Assembly (NCBI GenBank): GCA_934183045.1
Contig: CAKPRW010000001.1
Coordinates: forward strand, 1 to 63,450
Length of the DNA stretch: 63,450 bases
Origin: an uncultured Clostridia bacterium
Lineage (GTDB): Bacteria; Bacillota; Clostridia; TANB77; CAG-508
Direction of reading: 5' to 3'
Positions 39,859 through 48,857 of this stretch are shown one piece after another (position 1 is the stretch's first letter; every line of letters begins with the position of its first letter). The notes under the pieces were generated by a model. That model worked only from the letters and a program-made list of their open reading frames with translations, was not told where the DNA came from and did no database searches. Made by a program: the position numbers and the translations under genes.

Positions 39859-39876
39859 TTCACCTCCATTTTTTGT

Positions 39877-39905
39877 ATTTTACATTATTTTACAATTGTT
39901 GTCAA
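39877..39905 (-). promoter_or_regulatory. Consensus sigma-A-type promoter of the island operon
   Basis: On the minus strand: TTGACA (39905-39900), a 17-nt spacer, then TAAAAT (39882-39877). GGAGGTG begins about 10 nt downstream of the -10 element. Confidence 0.6.
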
Positions 39906-40028
39906 CCAGTTTTCATCTACTTTTTTCGACATTAGAATTATGTAATTTTTTATTTTTATAAATTTTTAATATTTTTTGAATATTTTTTTCTTTTTTGTTC
40001 ATAATAAAGATATAAGGTTAATAATAGT

Positions 40029-40402
40029 TGAGCCAAGAGTAATAATAGATATTAATTTGTTTATTATTATTCGGACAAAGATGTATTATGGTGTATTTAA
40101 TATATTATAATATGTCGGCGAGAAGAGTATATTATGTGTTTGTAGGCTATATTTTTATTTATATTTTTAATCTTTATTAATTATTTATATATGGTCAAAT
40201 TATATGTAATATATTCGAGCTAAGATTATTCTTATATCTAGTTATTTCAAATGGTTGTTATTAGTCCTATATAGGATGAATACAGTTATTTATGGTGTAT
40301 TAATGGTCGAGCAAATGATTAATATATTTGGTAGAAGGCTTATTTATATAGTAATATATATTAGGTTTGAATATTAGGTATATTAGTTTTAGCTAAGATT
40401 AT
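40029..40402. repeat. Non-coding stretch with degenerate direct repeats (iteron-like G/C islands in an AT background)
   Basis: TCGRGCWAAGAKTAWTAT-like words occur at 40029, 40071, 40115, 40215, 40307 and 40388. The exact 12-mer TTATGGTGTATT occurs at 40086 and 40290. Confidence 0.4.
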
Positions 40403-40419
40403 TATTAGCTTTATAGATT

Positions 40420-40452
40420 AATGGCAGATAAATTATATATTTATCTGCCATT
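40420..40452. terminator. Hairpin just downstream of gyrB
   Basis: AATGGCAGATAA, a 9-nt loop, TTATCTGCCATT. The T-run is present only on the plus-strand side. Confidence 0.5.
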
Positions 40453-40459
40453 AAATTTT

Positions 40460-42388
40460 TTAAATATCTAGATTCTTTACATATTTTGCATTTTTTTGTA
40501 TAAATTCTCTTCTTGGTTCAACTTCATCCCCCATTAATAAAGTAAATATTTCATCTGCTTTTATAGCATCATCCATTGTAACTTTTATTAATATTCTCTT
40601 TTCTGGATCCATTGTTGTTTCCCATAATTGTTCTGGATTCATCTCTCCTAAACCTTTATATCTTTGTAATCCTAGTTGTTCTCTAGTTATTCCCTTTTCT
40701 TCTAATTCTTTATATGCTTTTTCCAAATCCTCATCTGTATAACAATAAAGATCTTCCATTCCTTTTTTAGATAGTTTATATAATGGTGGTTGCGCTAGAT
40801 ATACATTTCCATTTTCAATTAAAGGTCTCATATATCTAAAGAAGAAAGTTAACAATAAAGTTCTAATATGCGCACCATCAACATCGGCATCAGCCATTAT
40901 AATTACTTTTCCATATCTTATTTTTGTTATATCAAAATCAGGACCAATTCCAGCTCCTACAGCTAATATAACAGGATTTAATTTGTCATTTCCATAAATT
41001 TTATCAGCTCTTGCTTTTTCAACATTTAACATTTTTCCCCATAAAGGTAAAATTGCTTGGAATTTTCTGTCTCTTCCCTGTTTTGCACTTCCTCCTGCAG
41101 AATCTCCCTCAACTATATAAACTTCACATTCATCTGCATTTTTACTACTACAATCAGCTAATTTACCTGGTAATGTTGATGTTTCTAATGAGTTTTTCTT
41201 TCTTACTAATTCTCTTGCTTTTCTAGCAGCTTCTCTTGCACGAGATGCGCTAATACATTTCTCTAATATTGATTTTGCTACATTTGGATTTTCTTCTAAG
41301 AATGTTGATAAAGATTCATTTACCATACTTTGTACAACACCTGTTACTTCACTATTTCCTAATTTTGTTTTAGTTTGTCCTTCAAATTGAGGTTCCTTTA
41401 CCTTTACTGATACTACTGCTGTAATTCCTTCTCTTATGTCTTCCCCTTGTAAATTGTTATCTTTTTCTTTTAAGATATTATGACTTCTAGCATAATCATT
41501 AAATACTTTTGTTAATGATCTTTTAAATCCTTCTAAGTGTGTACCACCTTCTATTGTGTTTATGTTATTTACAAATGTATATATATTTTCAGAATAACTT
41601 GATGTATATTGTATAGCAATTTCTACTGGTACTTCTCCATTTTTTTCTATATAAATAGGAGTTTTATTCAATTTTTCTTTATTTTTATTTAAAAATTCTA
41701 CAAATGAAATTAAACCACCTTCAAAACAAAATTCAGCTTTTTTAGGAGTTTCTTCCCTTTTGTCTTCAATTGTTATTTTTAAACCTTTTGTTAAAAATGC
41801 TATTTCTCTAAATCTTTTTTCTAAAACTTCATATTCATAATCAAGACTTTCAAAAATTGTATCATCTGCTAAAAATCTAACTTTTGTTCCTGTTCCTTTT
41901 GCTTCCCCTATTACTTCTAGTTTTTGAGTAGTCTTTCCTTTTTCAAATTTCATTTGATATAGTTTTCCATCTCTTTTTATCATTACTTCAGTCCATGTAG
42001 ATAAAGCATTAACTACTGATGCACCAACTCCATGAAGACCTCCTGATACTTTATATCCACTATCTCCACCAAATTTTCCACCTGCATGTAATACTGTATA
42101 TACTGTTTCCGCAGTAGATATTTTTGTTTTAGGATGTATTTCTACTGGTATCCCTCTCCCATTATCTTCTACACTAATAATATTTCCAGGTTCTATTACT
42201 ACATTTATTTCTGTACAATATCCAGCTAATGCTTCATCAACACCATTATCGACAATTTCATATACACAATGATGTAATCCTCTTACAGAAGTACTTCCTA
42301 TATACATACCTGGTCTTTTTCTTACTGCTTCAAGACCTTCTAATACTTGTATTTGTTCTGCCCCATATTTATGATCATATTTTTCCAT
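40460..42388 (-). CDS. gyrB: DNA gyrase subunit B
   Basis: GHKL ATPase motifs ([22 protein letters not shown]), Toprim [20 protein letters not shown] and [12 protein letters not shown]. Confidence 0.97.
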   Translation of the reverse strand: MEKYDHKYGAEQIQVLEGLEAVRKRPGMYIGSTSVRGLHHCVYEIVDNGVDEALAGYCTEINVVIEPGNIISVEDNGRGIPVEIHPKTKISTAETVYTVLHAGGKFGGDSGYKVSGGLHGVGASVVNALSTWTEVMIKRDGKLYQMKFEKGKTTQKLEVIGEAKGTGTKVRFLADDTIFESLDYEYEVLEKRFREIAFLTKGLKITIEDKREETPKKAEFCFEGGLISFVEFLNKNKEKLNKTPIYIEKNGEVPVEIAIQYTSSYSENIYTFVNNINTIEGGTHLEGFKRSLTKVFNDYARSHNILKEKDNNLQGEDIREGITAVVSVKVKEPQFEGQTKTKLGNSEVTGVVQSMVNESLSTFLEENPNVAKSILEKCISASRAREAARKARELVRKKNSLETSTLPGKLADCSSKNADECEVYIVEGDSAGGSAKQGRDRKFQAILPLWGKMLNVEKARADKIYGNDKLNPVILAVGAGIGPDFDITKIRYGKVIIMADADVDGAHIRTLLLTFFFRYMRPLIENGNVYLAQPPLYKLSKKGMEDLYCYTDEDLEKAYKELEEKGITREQLGLQRYKGLGEMNPEQLWETTMDPEKRILIKVTMDDAIKADEIFTLLMGDEVEPRREFIQKNAKYVKNLDI

Positions 42389-42412
42389 TTAACTTCCTCC
42401 TTATTGGTAAAA

Positions 42413-43486
42413 TTAATTTTCATTAAAAACTTTACCATCTTTTACATTATATATTAAAACGTTTTTATTTTCAATATCAAATTTTTCTGTACACGTAATA
42501 ATAATTTGAGTATCTTTGATATTCTTTAAAAAATGTTTTCTTCTACTTTCATCTAATTCTGACATAAAATCATCTAATAATAAAATAGGATTTTCTCCAG
42601 TTTCTTCATATATAATATTAAGTTCTGATAATTTCAAAGATAATATTGCCGTTCTATGTTGACCTTGTGAACCATATATACTTACTTCTTTATCATTAAT
42701 GTATATCACAAAATCGTCTCTATGAATCCCTTTTGTTGTATACCCTTTTATTATATCTAATTTTCTTCTTTGTTTTAATAAGTTAACATATTCTTCTTTA
42801 CTTTTGCATTCCGAAATATATTTAATATCAATTTTTTCTTTTTTATTTGTAATATTTTCATGAATTTTTTCTATTTTTTCTTCTATTTTATTTATAAAGT
42901 TATTTCTATAATTAAAAATATTAATTGCATATTCTGCCAATTTTTCATCCCATATATCTAATAAATTTTCATCTTTTTTCTCTTCTCGTATTTGCCTTAA
43001 ATAATTATTTCTTTGTTCTAACGTTTTTAAGTATAAATTCAAATTATACATATAATTAGGTTTTAATTGGCTAATCATTATATCTAAAAATCTTCTTCTA
43101 TTTTGAGGTCCACCTTTTAAAATATTTATATCATCTGGTGTAAAAATAACAATATTTATATTTCCTAATAATTCACTCAATTTTTTTAATTTTATTCCAT
43201 TTACAAATACACTTTTTTTATTTTCTAATTCTATTTTTATTTTTCCATCTCTATCTAATTTTTCAAAAAACACTTCTACCATAGCATTTTTTTCATTTAA
43301 ATTAATCATTTCTTTATCTTTTTTTGCTCTAAAAGATTTTCCCATACTGCTTAAGAAAATAGATTCTATTATATTAGTTTTTCCTTGTGCATTTTCACCA
43401 TAAAAAATATTTATATTTTTATTTAAATTAATTTCTTCCTCTTTATAATTTCTAAAATTATTTATCTTTACTTTTTTTATCCACAT
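42413..43486 (-). CDS. recF: DNA replication/repair protein RecF
   Basis: Walker A GENAQGKTN, the signature SQGQHRT, and LLLDDFMSELD. Confidence 0.92.
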   Translation of the reverse strand: MWIKKVKINNFRNYKEEEINLNKNINIFYGENAQGKTNIIESIFLSSMGKSFRAKKDKEMINLNEKNAMVEVFFEKLDRDGKIKIELENKKSVFVNGIKLKKLSELLGNINIVIFTPDDINILKGGPQNRRRFLDIMISQLKPNYMYNLNLYLKTLEQRNNYLRQIREEKKDENLLDIWDEKLAEYAINIFNYRNNFINKIEEKIEKIHENITNKKEKIDIKYISECKSKEEYVNLLKQRRKLDIIKGYTTKGIHRDDFVIYINDKEVSIYGSQGQHRTAILSLKLSELNIIYEETGENPILLLDDFMSELDESRRKHFLKNIKDTQIIITCTEKFDIENKNVLIYNVKDGKVFNEN

Positions 43487-43530
43487 ATTATTTCTCCATT
43501 TTGTGTATAAACCATTTTTGATATTTCTAT

Positions 43531-43754
43531 TTTTTTCTATTTTTTCCTATTTTTTTCTTTTTTTTTCTATTTTTTCCTATTTTTTTGATTTTCCACTTTA
43601 TTTTTTATTTATGAAATTATATTAATAAAAAATAAAATCGCCTTATTTTGGATTCTCACGCTTCGTTTTTTATTTAAATATTTCATTTTTTTAAAATCTT
43701 TTTTTTTCTAATTTATTCTATTTTATTCTTTTTTTTTCTAATTTATTCTATTTT
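43531..43754. repeat. Two pairs of T-rich direct repeats with 30-bp period in the dnaN-recF spacer
   Basis: TTTTTTCTATTTTTTCCTATTTTTTT occurs at 43531 and 43561. TTTTTTTCTAATTTATTCTATTTT occurs at 43701 and 43731. Confidence 0.7.
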
Positions 43755-43778
43755 TTAATATTTAATTTTTCAACTTTT

Positions 43779-43821
43779 TTATCCACTTTTAATGCATTAT
43801 TTGTGGATAACTTTATCCACA
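43779..43821. promoter_or_regulatory. DnaA-box cluster downstream of dnaN
   Basis: TTATCCACT (43779), TGTGGATAA (43802, perfect) and TTATCCACA (43813, perfect). Confidence 0.65.
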
Positions 43822-43859
43822 AATAAATATTAAAGGCAGAATTTCTTCTACCTTTTTTA

Positions 43860-44978
43860 CTATTCTTCTTTTAATCTTATTGGTAAAATCATATATGTAT
43901 AATCATTGTTATCTATTGACTTAATTAAACATGGAGATATACTTGTTCCAAATTCTATATATACCTCTTCATCTTCTATTGCTTTTAAACTATCTAAAAA
44001 ATATTTAGGATTAAATCCAGCTTCTAAGTTTTTACCTTCTGTTGCAACATATAATTCTTCTTTTGCATCTCCAGTTTGATTTGTACAAGAAATTGTTACT
44101 TTTCCTATATCAACATTTACTTTTACTGGATATTTTTTTTCTTTTTCTATTGAAGATGATGAAATCAAACTAATTCTTTCAAAACTATCTTGTATATTAT
44201 TTTTGCTAACTTTCACTCTTGTCTCCCAATTACTTGGTATAACATTTTTATAATTTAAAAATTCTCCATCTAAAATTCTTGTTACTATTTTACAGTTGTC
44301 CATTTCAAATAATGCTTGATTTTTTGAAATACCTATTTTTATTGTTTCAAATGAATCTGATATTATTTTATTTACTTCATTTAATGTTTTTCCTGGTATT
44401 ACAGCACTAAAATTATTTGTTTGTTTATTTAAATAAATACTTCTTAATGCTAATCTAAAACCATCAACTGCAACTAAATTTAATTTATTGTTTTCCACTT
44501 CGAATAAACAACCTGTGAATATCGGTCTACTTTCTTCTGTGCTAACTGCAAATATTGTTTTTCTTATCATATTTTTTAAAATATTTTGATCAATTTCTAT
44601 AGAATTTTCTACTTCTATCTTTGGTAATTCTGGAAATTCTTCTGGATTCATAGTAGCTAATTTATATAAAGAACCTTCACATTCTATTTCTAATAAATTT
44701 TTTTCATTTAAAGTTATACTTATTTCTGTATCTGGTAATTTTCTTATTATTTCACTAAACATTATTGCATTTACAACTGTACTTCCTTGTTCTTTTACAT
44801 CACATTCCATTACATATTCTATACCAATTTCTAAATCATATGTTGTTAATTTTATTTCATTTTCATTTGTTTGAATTAATATTCCTTCTAGTATAGGCAT
44901 TGTTGTTTTAGATGCAACTCCTTTTACTACGGAATTTATTGCTTTTAGTATTTTGTCTTTGTAACAAACAATTTTCAT
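43860..44978 (-). CDS. dnaN: DNA polymerase III beta sliding clamp
   Basis: 372 aa in the canonical position after dnaA, with three-domain clamp length and motifs (e.g. PILEGILI, LVAVDGFRLA, ILPIRL C-terminus). Confidence 0.95.
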   Translation of the reverse strand: MKIVCYKDKILKAINSVVKGVASKTTMPILEGILIQTNENEIKLTTYDLEIGIEYVMECDVKEQGSTVVNAIMFSEIIRKLPDTEISITLNEKNLLEIECEGSLYKLATMNPEEFPELPKIEVENSIEIDQNILKNMIRKTIFAVSTEESRPIFTGCLFEVENNKLNLVAVDGFRLALRSIYLNKQTNNFSAVIPGKTLNEVNKIISDSFETIKIGISKNQALFEMDNCKIVTRILDGEFLNYKNVIPSNWETRVKVSKNNIQDSFERISLISSSSIEKEKKYPVKVNVDIGKVTISCTNQTGDAKEELYVATEGKNLEAGFNPKYFLDSLKAIEDEEVYIEFGTSISPCLIKSIDNNDYTYMILPIRLKEE

Positions 44979-44994
44979 TTTGGTTCCTCCTTGT

Positions 44995-45052
44995 ATATAA
45001 TATAAATATTTTTAGTAGTAATAGTATTAGGTGCTGTGGAAAATGTGGAAAA
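44995..45052. promoter_or_regulatory. oriC unwinding module: AT-rich element, DnaA-trios, GC spacer and tandem DnaA boxes
   Basis: AT-only 44995-45012. TAG TAG TAA TAG TAT TAG (45013-45030, which is 3'-GAT-5'-type trios). GTGC spacer. TGTGGAAAA twice (45035, 45044). Further boxes at 45099, 45117 (TAATCCACA) and 45192 (TGTGGATAT). Confidence 0.7.
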
Positions 45053-45299
45053 CTATGTTGAAAGTTAGAATCCCTAAAAAAAATGATGTTTATAATTTAG
45101 TGGAAAACTATTTTTTTAATCCACAGTTATTTTTTTTGTTGTTGATTTTTTCATGTGTTCACAATTTTTTAACAGGTTATTAACATGTGGGTGTGGATAT
45201 CGAATGCATTAGTTCCGTAAGAACAGAAACGATATTATTTTCCAAACAGTTATTTTTCCAAACACAAATTTTAAAAAAATCTTTAATTCATTTTTGTTA

Positions 45300-46664
45300 T
45301 TATTGTTTCCCATTTATGATAATGTTTTTCACACTATCCACAATTAGCTTGGTATTATTTTTTTCTTTGGTTTCTTTTTCTATTTTTCTACAAGCATGCA
45401 TTACGGTTGAATGGTCTCTTCCCCCAAACTCAGTTCCTATTTGTGGATAAGACATATTTGCAATTATTCTACATAGATACATTGCAATTTGTCTTGGAAA
45501 AGCAACTTCATTAGATCTCTTATTTCCTGATAGATCATCTTTATTTATGCTAAAATATTTTGCAACAGTTTCTTTTATAAAGTCACAAGAGATAACTTTT
45601 TCATTTTCATATTTAAATTCATTTATAGTTTTTTCAGCTAATTCTATAGTAATTGGACTATGTGTTAGTGATGCGATTGCAACTACTTTATTAAAGACTC
45701 CTTCTAATTCTCTAATATTTGAATCGATTTTATTAGCTATATTTGAAAGGATAAAGTCATCAATAACTATATTTTCTTCTTGTGCTTTTTTTCTTAAAAT
45801 TGCTAAACGTGTTTCGTAATCTGGACATGAAATATCAGCAAGTAGTCCCCATTCAAATCTAGATTTTAATCTATCTTCTAGAAATGGTATATCCCTAGGT
45901 GGTTGATCACTTGAAATGATAATTTGTTTAGCATTATCATATAAAGTATTGAATGTATGGAAAAATTCTTCTTGTATTCTTTCTTTTCCAGCTATAAACT
46001 GTATATCATCTATTAATAAAACATCAATATTTCTATATTTGTTTCTAAATACTTCGTTTTTATTATCTTTAATTGCATTTATTAATTGATTAGTAAATTT
46101 TTCTGATGTTACATATAAAACATTTGCATTTCTATTGTCCTCAATTATTTTATTTCCAATAGCATTCATTAAGTGAGTTTTTCCTAAACCTACACCACCA
46201 TATAAAAATAAAGGATTATAAGATTTTGCGGGTTCCTTCCCTACTGCTAATGCAGCAGCATATGCAAATCTGTTATTATCACCCACAACAAAGGTTTCAA
46301 ATGTGTATTTAGAATTTAAAGTAGACATATTTGTTTTTATTTCTTTTGTAGAAGAATTTGAGATATTATTGTCTGAAATAATATCTTCTGTAATTGTTGT
46401 ATCATTTTCTTCTTTTGATAAATCTATTACAGAATAAGTCCAATCTTTATTTGTTATATATCTTAAAGTGTTGAGAATTAAACTTCTATACTTGTTTTCT
46501 ATAAAATCTTTATGGAATTCAGAAGTTGTTGTAAATACGATATTATTATCTTCTATACTTCTTATATCTAATGGCATAATCCATGTATCATAAGATATTT
46601 TAGTAACTTCAGGCTTTAATAATTCTCTTATTTTTTCGATTAATTCTTCTTTTTCTATTGCCAC
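45300..46664 (-). CDS. dnaA: Chromosomal replication initiator DnaA
   Basis: AAA+ Walker A GGVGLGKTHL, LLIDDIQF, and the domain IV HTH ...RDHSTVMHACRKIE. GTG start follows AAAGGATGA. Confidence 0.97.
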   Translation of the reverse strand: MAIEKEELIEKIRELLKPEVTKISYDTWIMPLDIRSIEDNNIVFTTTSEFHKDFIENKYRSLILNTLRYITNKDWTYSVIDLSKEENDTTITEDIISDNNISNSSTKEIKTNMSTLNSKYTFETFVVGDNNRFAYAAALAVGKEPAKSYNPLFLYGGVGLGKTHLMNAIGNKIIEDNRNANVLYVTSEKFTNQLINAIKDNKNEVFRNKYRNIDVLLIDDIQFIAGKERIQEEFFHTFNTLYDNAKQIIISSDQPPRDIPFLEDRLKSRFEWGLLADISCPDYETRLAILRKKAQEENIVIDDFILSNIANKIDSNIRELEGVFNKVVAIASLTHSPITIELAEKTINEFKYENEKVISCDFIKETVAKYFSINKDDLSGNKRSNEVAFPRQIAMYLCRIIANMSYPQIGTEFGGRDHSTVMHACRKIEKETKEKNNTKLIVDSVKNIIINGKQ

Positions 46665-46689
46665 TAAGAATCATCCTTTCTTTTTAAAA

Positions 46690-46899
46690 TTATCCACAAA
46701 ATTATCCACAAATGTTTATAACTTTGTAATAAATTTGTAATAATAAACATAAAATTACGAACAAAAATTTCAGTATTTTTCAATAAAAATCTTACATATT
46801 TTGTACTTTTCATATAATAACAAATTTTTATATAATAAGTCAATAAAATTGTGGAAAAAAATTTTATAAAGTGGATAATTATAAAAAAATTGTGGAAAA
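46690..46899. promoter_or_regulatory. DnaA-box cluster upstream of dnaA (oriC part 1 / dnaA autoregulation)
   Basis: TTATCCACA at 46690 and 46702 (both perfect), TGTGGAAAA at 46850 and 46891, and AGTGGATAA at 46870. Confidence 0.7.
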
Positions 46900-47010
46900 A
46901 GTATAAAAAATTACAAAAATGTTACAAAAATAAATTAACATAAATATAATTTGGCGATAAATGATGATTATAAAAAATGCTTATAAATTTCTAAAAAATA
47001 TAAAAATTAC

Positions 47011-47040
47011 TTGACAACTTGTTAAAATTTAGGGTATAAT
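47011..47040 (+). promoter_or_regulatory. rpmH promoter
   Basis: TTGACA (47011-47016), an 18-nt spacer, then TATAAT (47035-47040). Confidence 0.6.
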
Positions 47041-47103
47041 CGATATACTTGTTATTTTAGATAATAAAATTTTATAAATAAATCAATATAGGAGGTGCTA
47101 AAT

Positions 47104-47238
47104 ATGAAAAGAACATTTCAACCAAAAAATAGACAAGAAAAAAGAGAGCATGGATTTATGAAAAGAATGAAAACTGCATCAGGTAGAAAAATATTAAAAG
47201 CAAGAAGAGCAAAAGGTAGAAAAAAATTAAGTGCGTAG
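47104..47238 (+). CDS. rpmH: 50S ribosomal protein L34
   Basis: [47 protein letters not shown] follows AGGAGGTG. It is too short for the ORF track. Confidence 0.95.
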   Translation: MKRTFQPKNRQEKREHGFMKRMKTASGRKILKARRAKGRKKLSA

Positions 47239-47269
47239 TTTTAAATGTATATTAATTATTTTTAGTGTT

Positions 47270-47300
47270 TTATAAAGGCCGCAATAGCGAGCCTTTATAA
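47270..47300 (+). other. Strong hairpin between rpmH and rnpA (attenuator/terminator-like, no T-run)
   Basis: TTATAAAGGC-CGC-AATA-GCG-A-GCCTTTATAA. Confidence 0.5.
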
Positions 47301-47374
47301 CATATTCTAAAAGTAATTAATGATTTTTTTCATTAAATATTTAACTTTTCATTTGTATTTTTAGGAGAAAAATA

Positions 47375-47725
47375 ATGAAAAAAACAAAAATGTTAAAAAA
47401 GAATTATGAGTTTAAAAATGTTTTATCAAAAGGTACGTATTATTCAGGAAAATATATAGAGGCATTCATAAAGAAAAATAATAGTCAAAATATTTATTTA
47501 GGAATTGCTGTAGGAGTAAAAACATCTAATGCGGTAATGAGAAATAAAATAAAAAGACTTATAAGAGAAAATTATAGAAATATTGAAGACAAAATATTGA
47601 ATGGTTATAGTATTGTTTTTTTATGGAAAAAGAAGGCTGATACTAAGAATGCAAACTTCGAAAATATAAAAGGTGACATAAAAAAATGCTTTGATAAAGC
47701 AAAAATAATAGAGGATAATGAATGA
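47375..47725 (+). CDS. rnpA: RNase P protein component
   Basis: Canonical position after rpmH. Basic 116-aa protein with the KIKRLIRE (RNR-like) motif. Confidence 0.9.
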   Translation: MKKTKMLKKNYEFKNVLSKGTYYSGKYIEAFIKKNNSQNIYLGIAVGVKTSNAVMRNKIKRLIRENYRNIEDKILNGYSIVFLWKKKADTKNANFENIKGDIKKCFDKAKIIEDNE

Positions 47726-47940
47726 AAAAATTACTAATTTCCTTAATTGAATTATATAAAAAGTATATTTCACCATGGATTGAAAGTAAAAATTTACATT
47801 GCAAATTTTATCCAACCTGTTCAGACTATATGAGACAAGCTATAGAGAAATATGGGGCAGGAAAGGGATTAATAAAAGGAATTATAAGAATTTTGAAATG
47901 TAATCCTTTTTCAAAAGGTGGATTTGATCCGCTAAAATAG
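47722..47940 (+). CDS. yidD: Membrane protein insertion efficiency factor YidD
   Basis: [19 protein letters not shown] and [10 protein letters not shown] motifs. Overlaps the rnpA stop (ATGA). Confidence 0.9.
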   Translation: MKKLLISLIELYKKYISPWIESKNLHCKFYPTCSDYMRQAIEKYGAGKGLIKGIIRILKCNPFSKGGFDPLK

Positions 47941-47960
47941 ATTTAGGAGGAACAAACTGA

Positions 47961-48845
47961 ATGTTTCAATTTTTTGCAAATCTTTTTGGATATTTATTAG
48001 AGTTGTTATATAATATTGTAAATAATTATGGTATAGCAATAATATTATTTACAGTTATAATAAAATTGTTGTTATTGCCATTATCAATAAAACAACAAAG
48101 AACCACAAAGAAAAGTGCAGAACTTCAAGAAAAAATGAAGGCAATTCAATTTAAATATAAAAATGATCCAGAAAAGATGAATAAAGAGGTAATGGATTTA
48201 TATAAAACAGAAAATATGAGTCCATTTAGTGGGTGTTTAACAGCGATTATACAAATGTTGTTACTTTTATCAATATTCTATCTAGTTAGAAGTCCATTAA
48301 CTTTTATGGAAAAAGTACCAGTAGATAATATAAACAATTACGTGGCACAACTTCAAGAAGAAGGTAAAACAATAAGTAATGTTTATCCAGAAATAGATTT
48401 AATTAGAGAATATAACTTATTAAAAGAAAAGAATCCGGAAGACGCTAATGTAGATAAATTAAATTTACAAATGAATTTTTTCGGTTTGGACTTAAGTAAA
48501 ATACCTCAACAAAACATGGATGATTATACAGTTTATATAATACCTGTTTTATATATTATGTCATCATTTATATCAATAAAAATGACTACTATGAAACAAG
48601 AAAAGATGAGAAAAGAAAAAAGTTCTAAAATTATAGATGGTAATACAGGAGAAGAAGAGGAAAAAGAAGATAACAATGAAATGGATGCAGTAATGCAAAC
48701 GAATAAAATGATGTCTTGGATGATGCCAATAATGTCTATTTCAATTGCTTTTGTTGCACCTTTAGGTTTAGCTTTATATTGGTTAATTAATAATTTACTT
48801 ATGATAATTGAAAGATTAGTATTTGATAAATTAATAAAAAACTAA
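47961..48845 (+). CDS. yidC: YidC/SpoIIIJ membrane protein insertase
   Basis: YGIAIILFTVIIKLLLLPLSIKQ and C-terminal LALYWLINNLL motifs. Confidence 0.9.
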   Translation: MFQFFANLFGYLLELLYNIVNNYGIAIILFTVIIKLLLLPLSIKQQRTTKKSAELQEKMKAIQFKYKNDPEKMNKEVMDLYKTENMSPFSGCLTAIIQMLLLLSIFYLVRSPLTFMEKVPVDNINNYVAQLQEEGKTISNVYPEIDLIREYNLLKEKNPEDANVDKLNLQMNFFGLDLSKIPQQNMDDYTVYIIPVLYIMSSFISIKMTTMKQEKMRKEKSSKIIDGNTGEEEEKEDNNEMDAVMQTNKMMSWMMPIMSISIAFVAPLGLALYWLINNLLMIIERLVFDKLIKN

Positions 48846-48857
48846 AGGAGATTGGAT

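Noticed and set aside
40112-40380. Short hydrophobic ORFs in the iteron-like region (for example MSARRVYYVFVGYIFIYIFNLY at 40112 and MVEQMINIFGRRLIYIVIYIRFEY at 40303) as type I toxin candidates
   Set aside because: None has a Shine-Dalgarno sequence, a promoter or a terminator. Hydrophobic Y/I/F-rich peptides arise trivially from AT-rich DNA.
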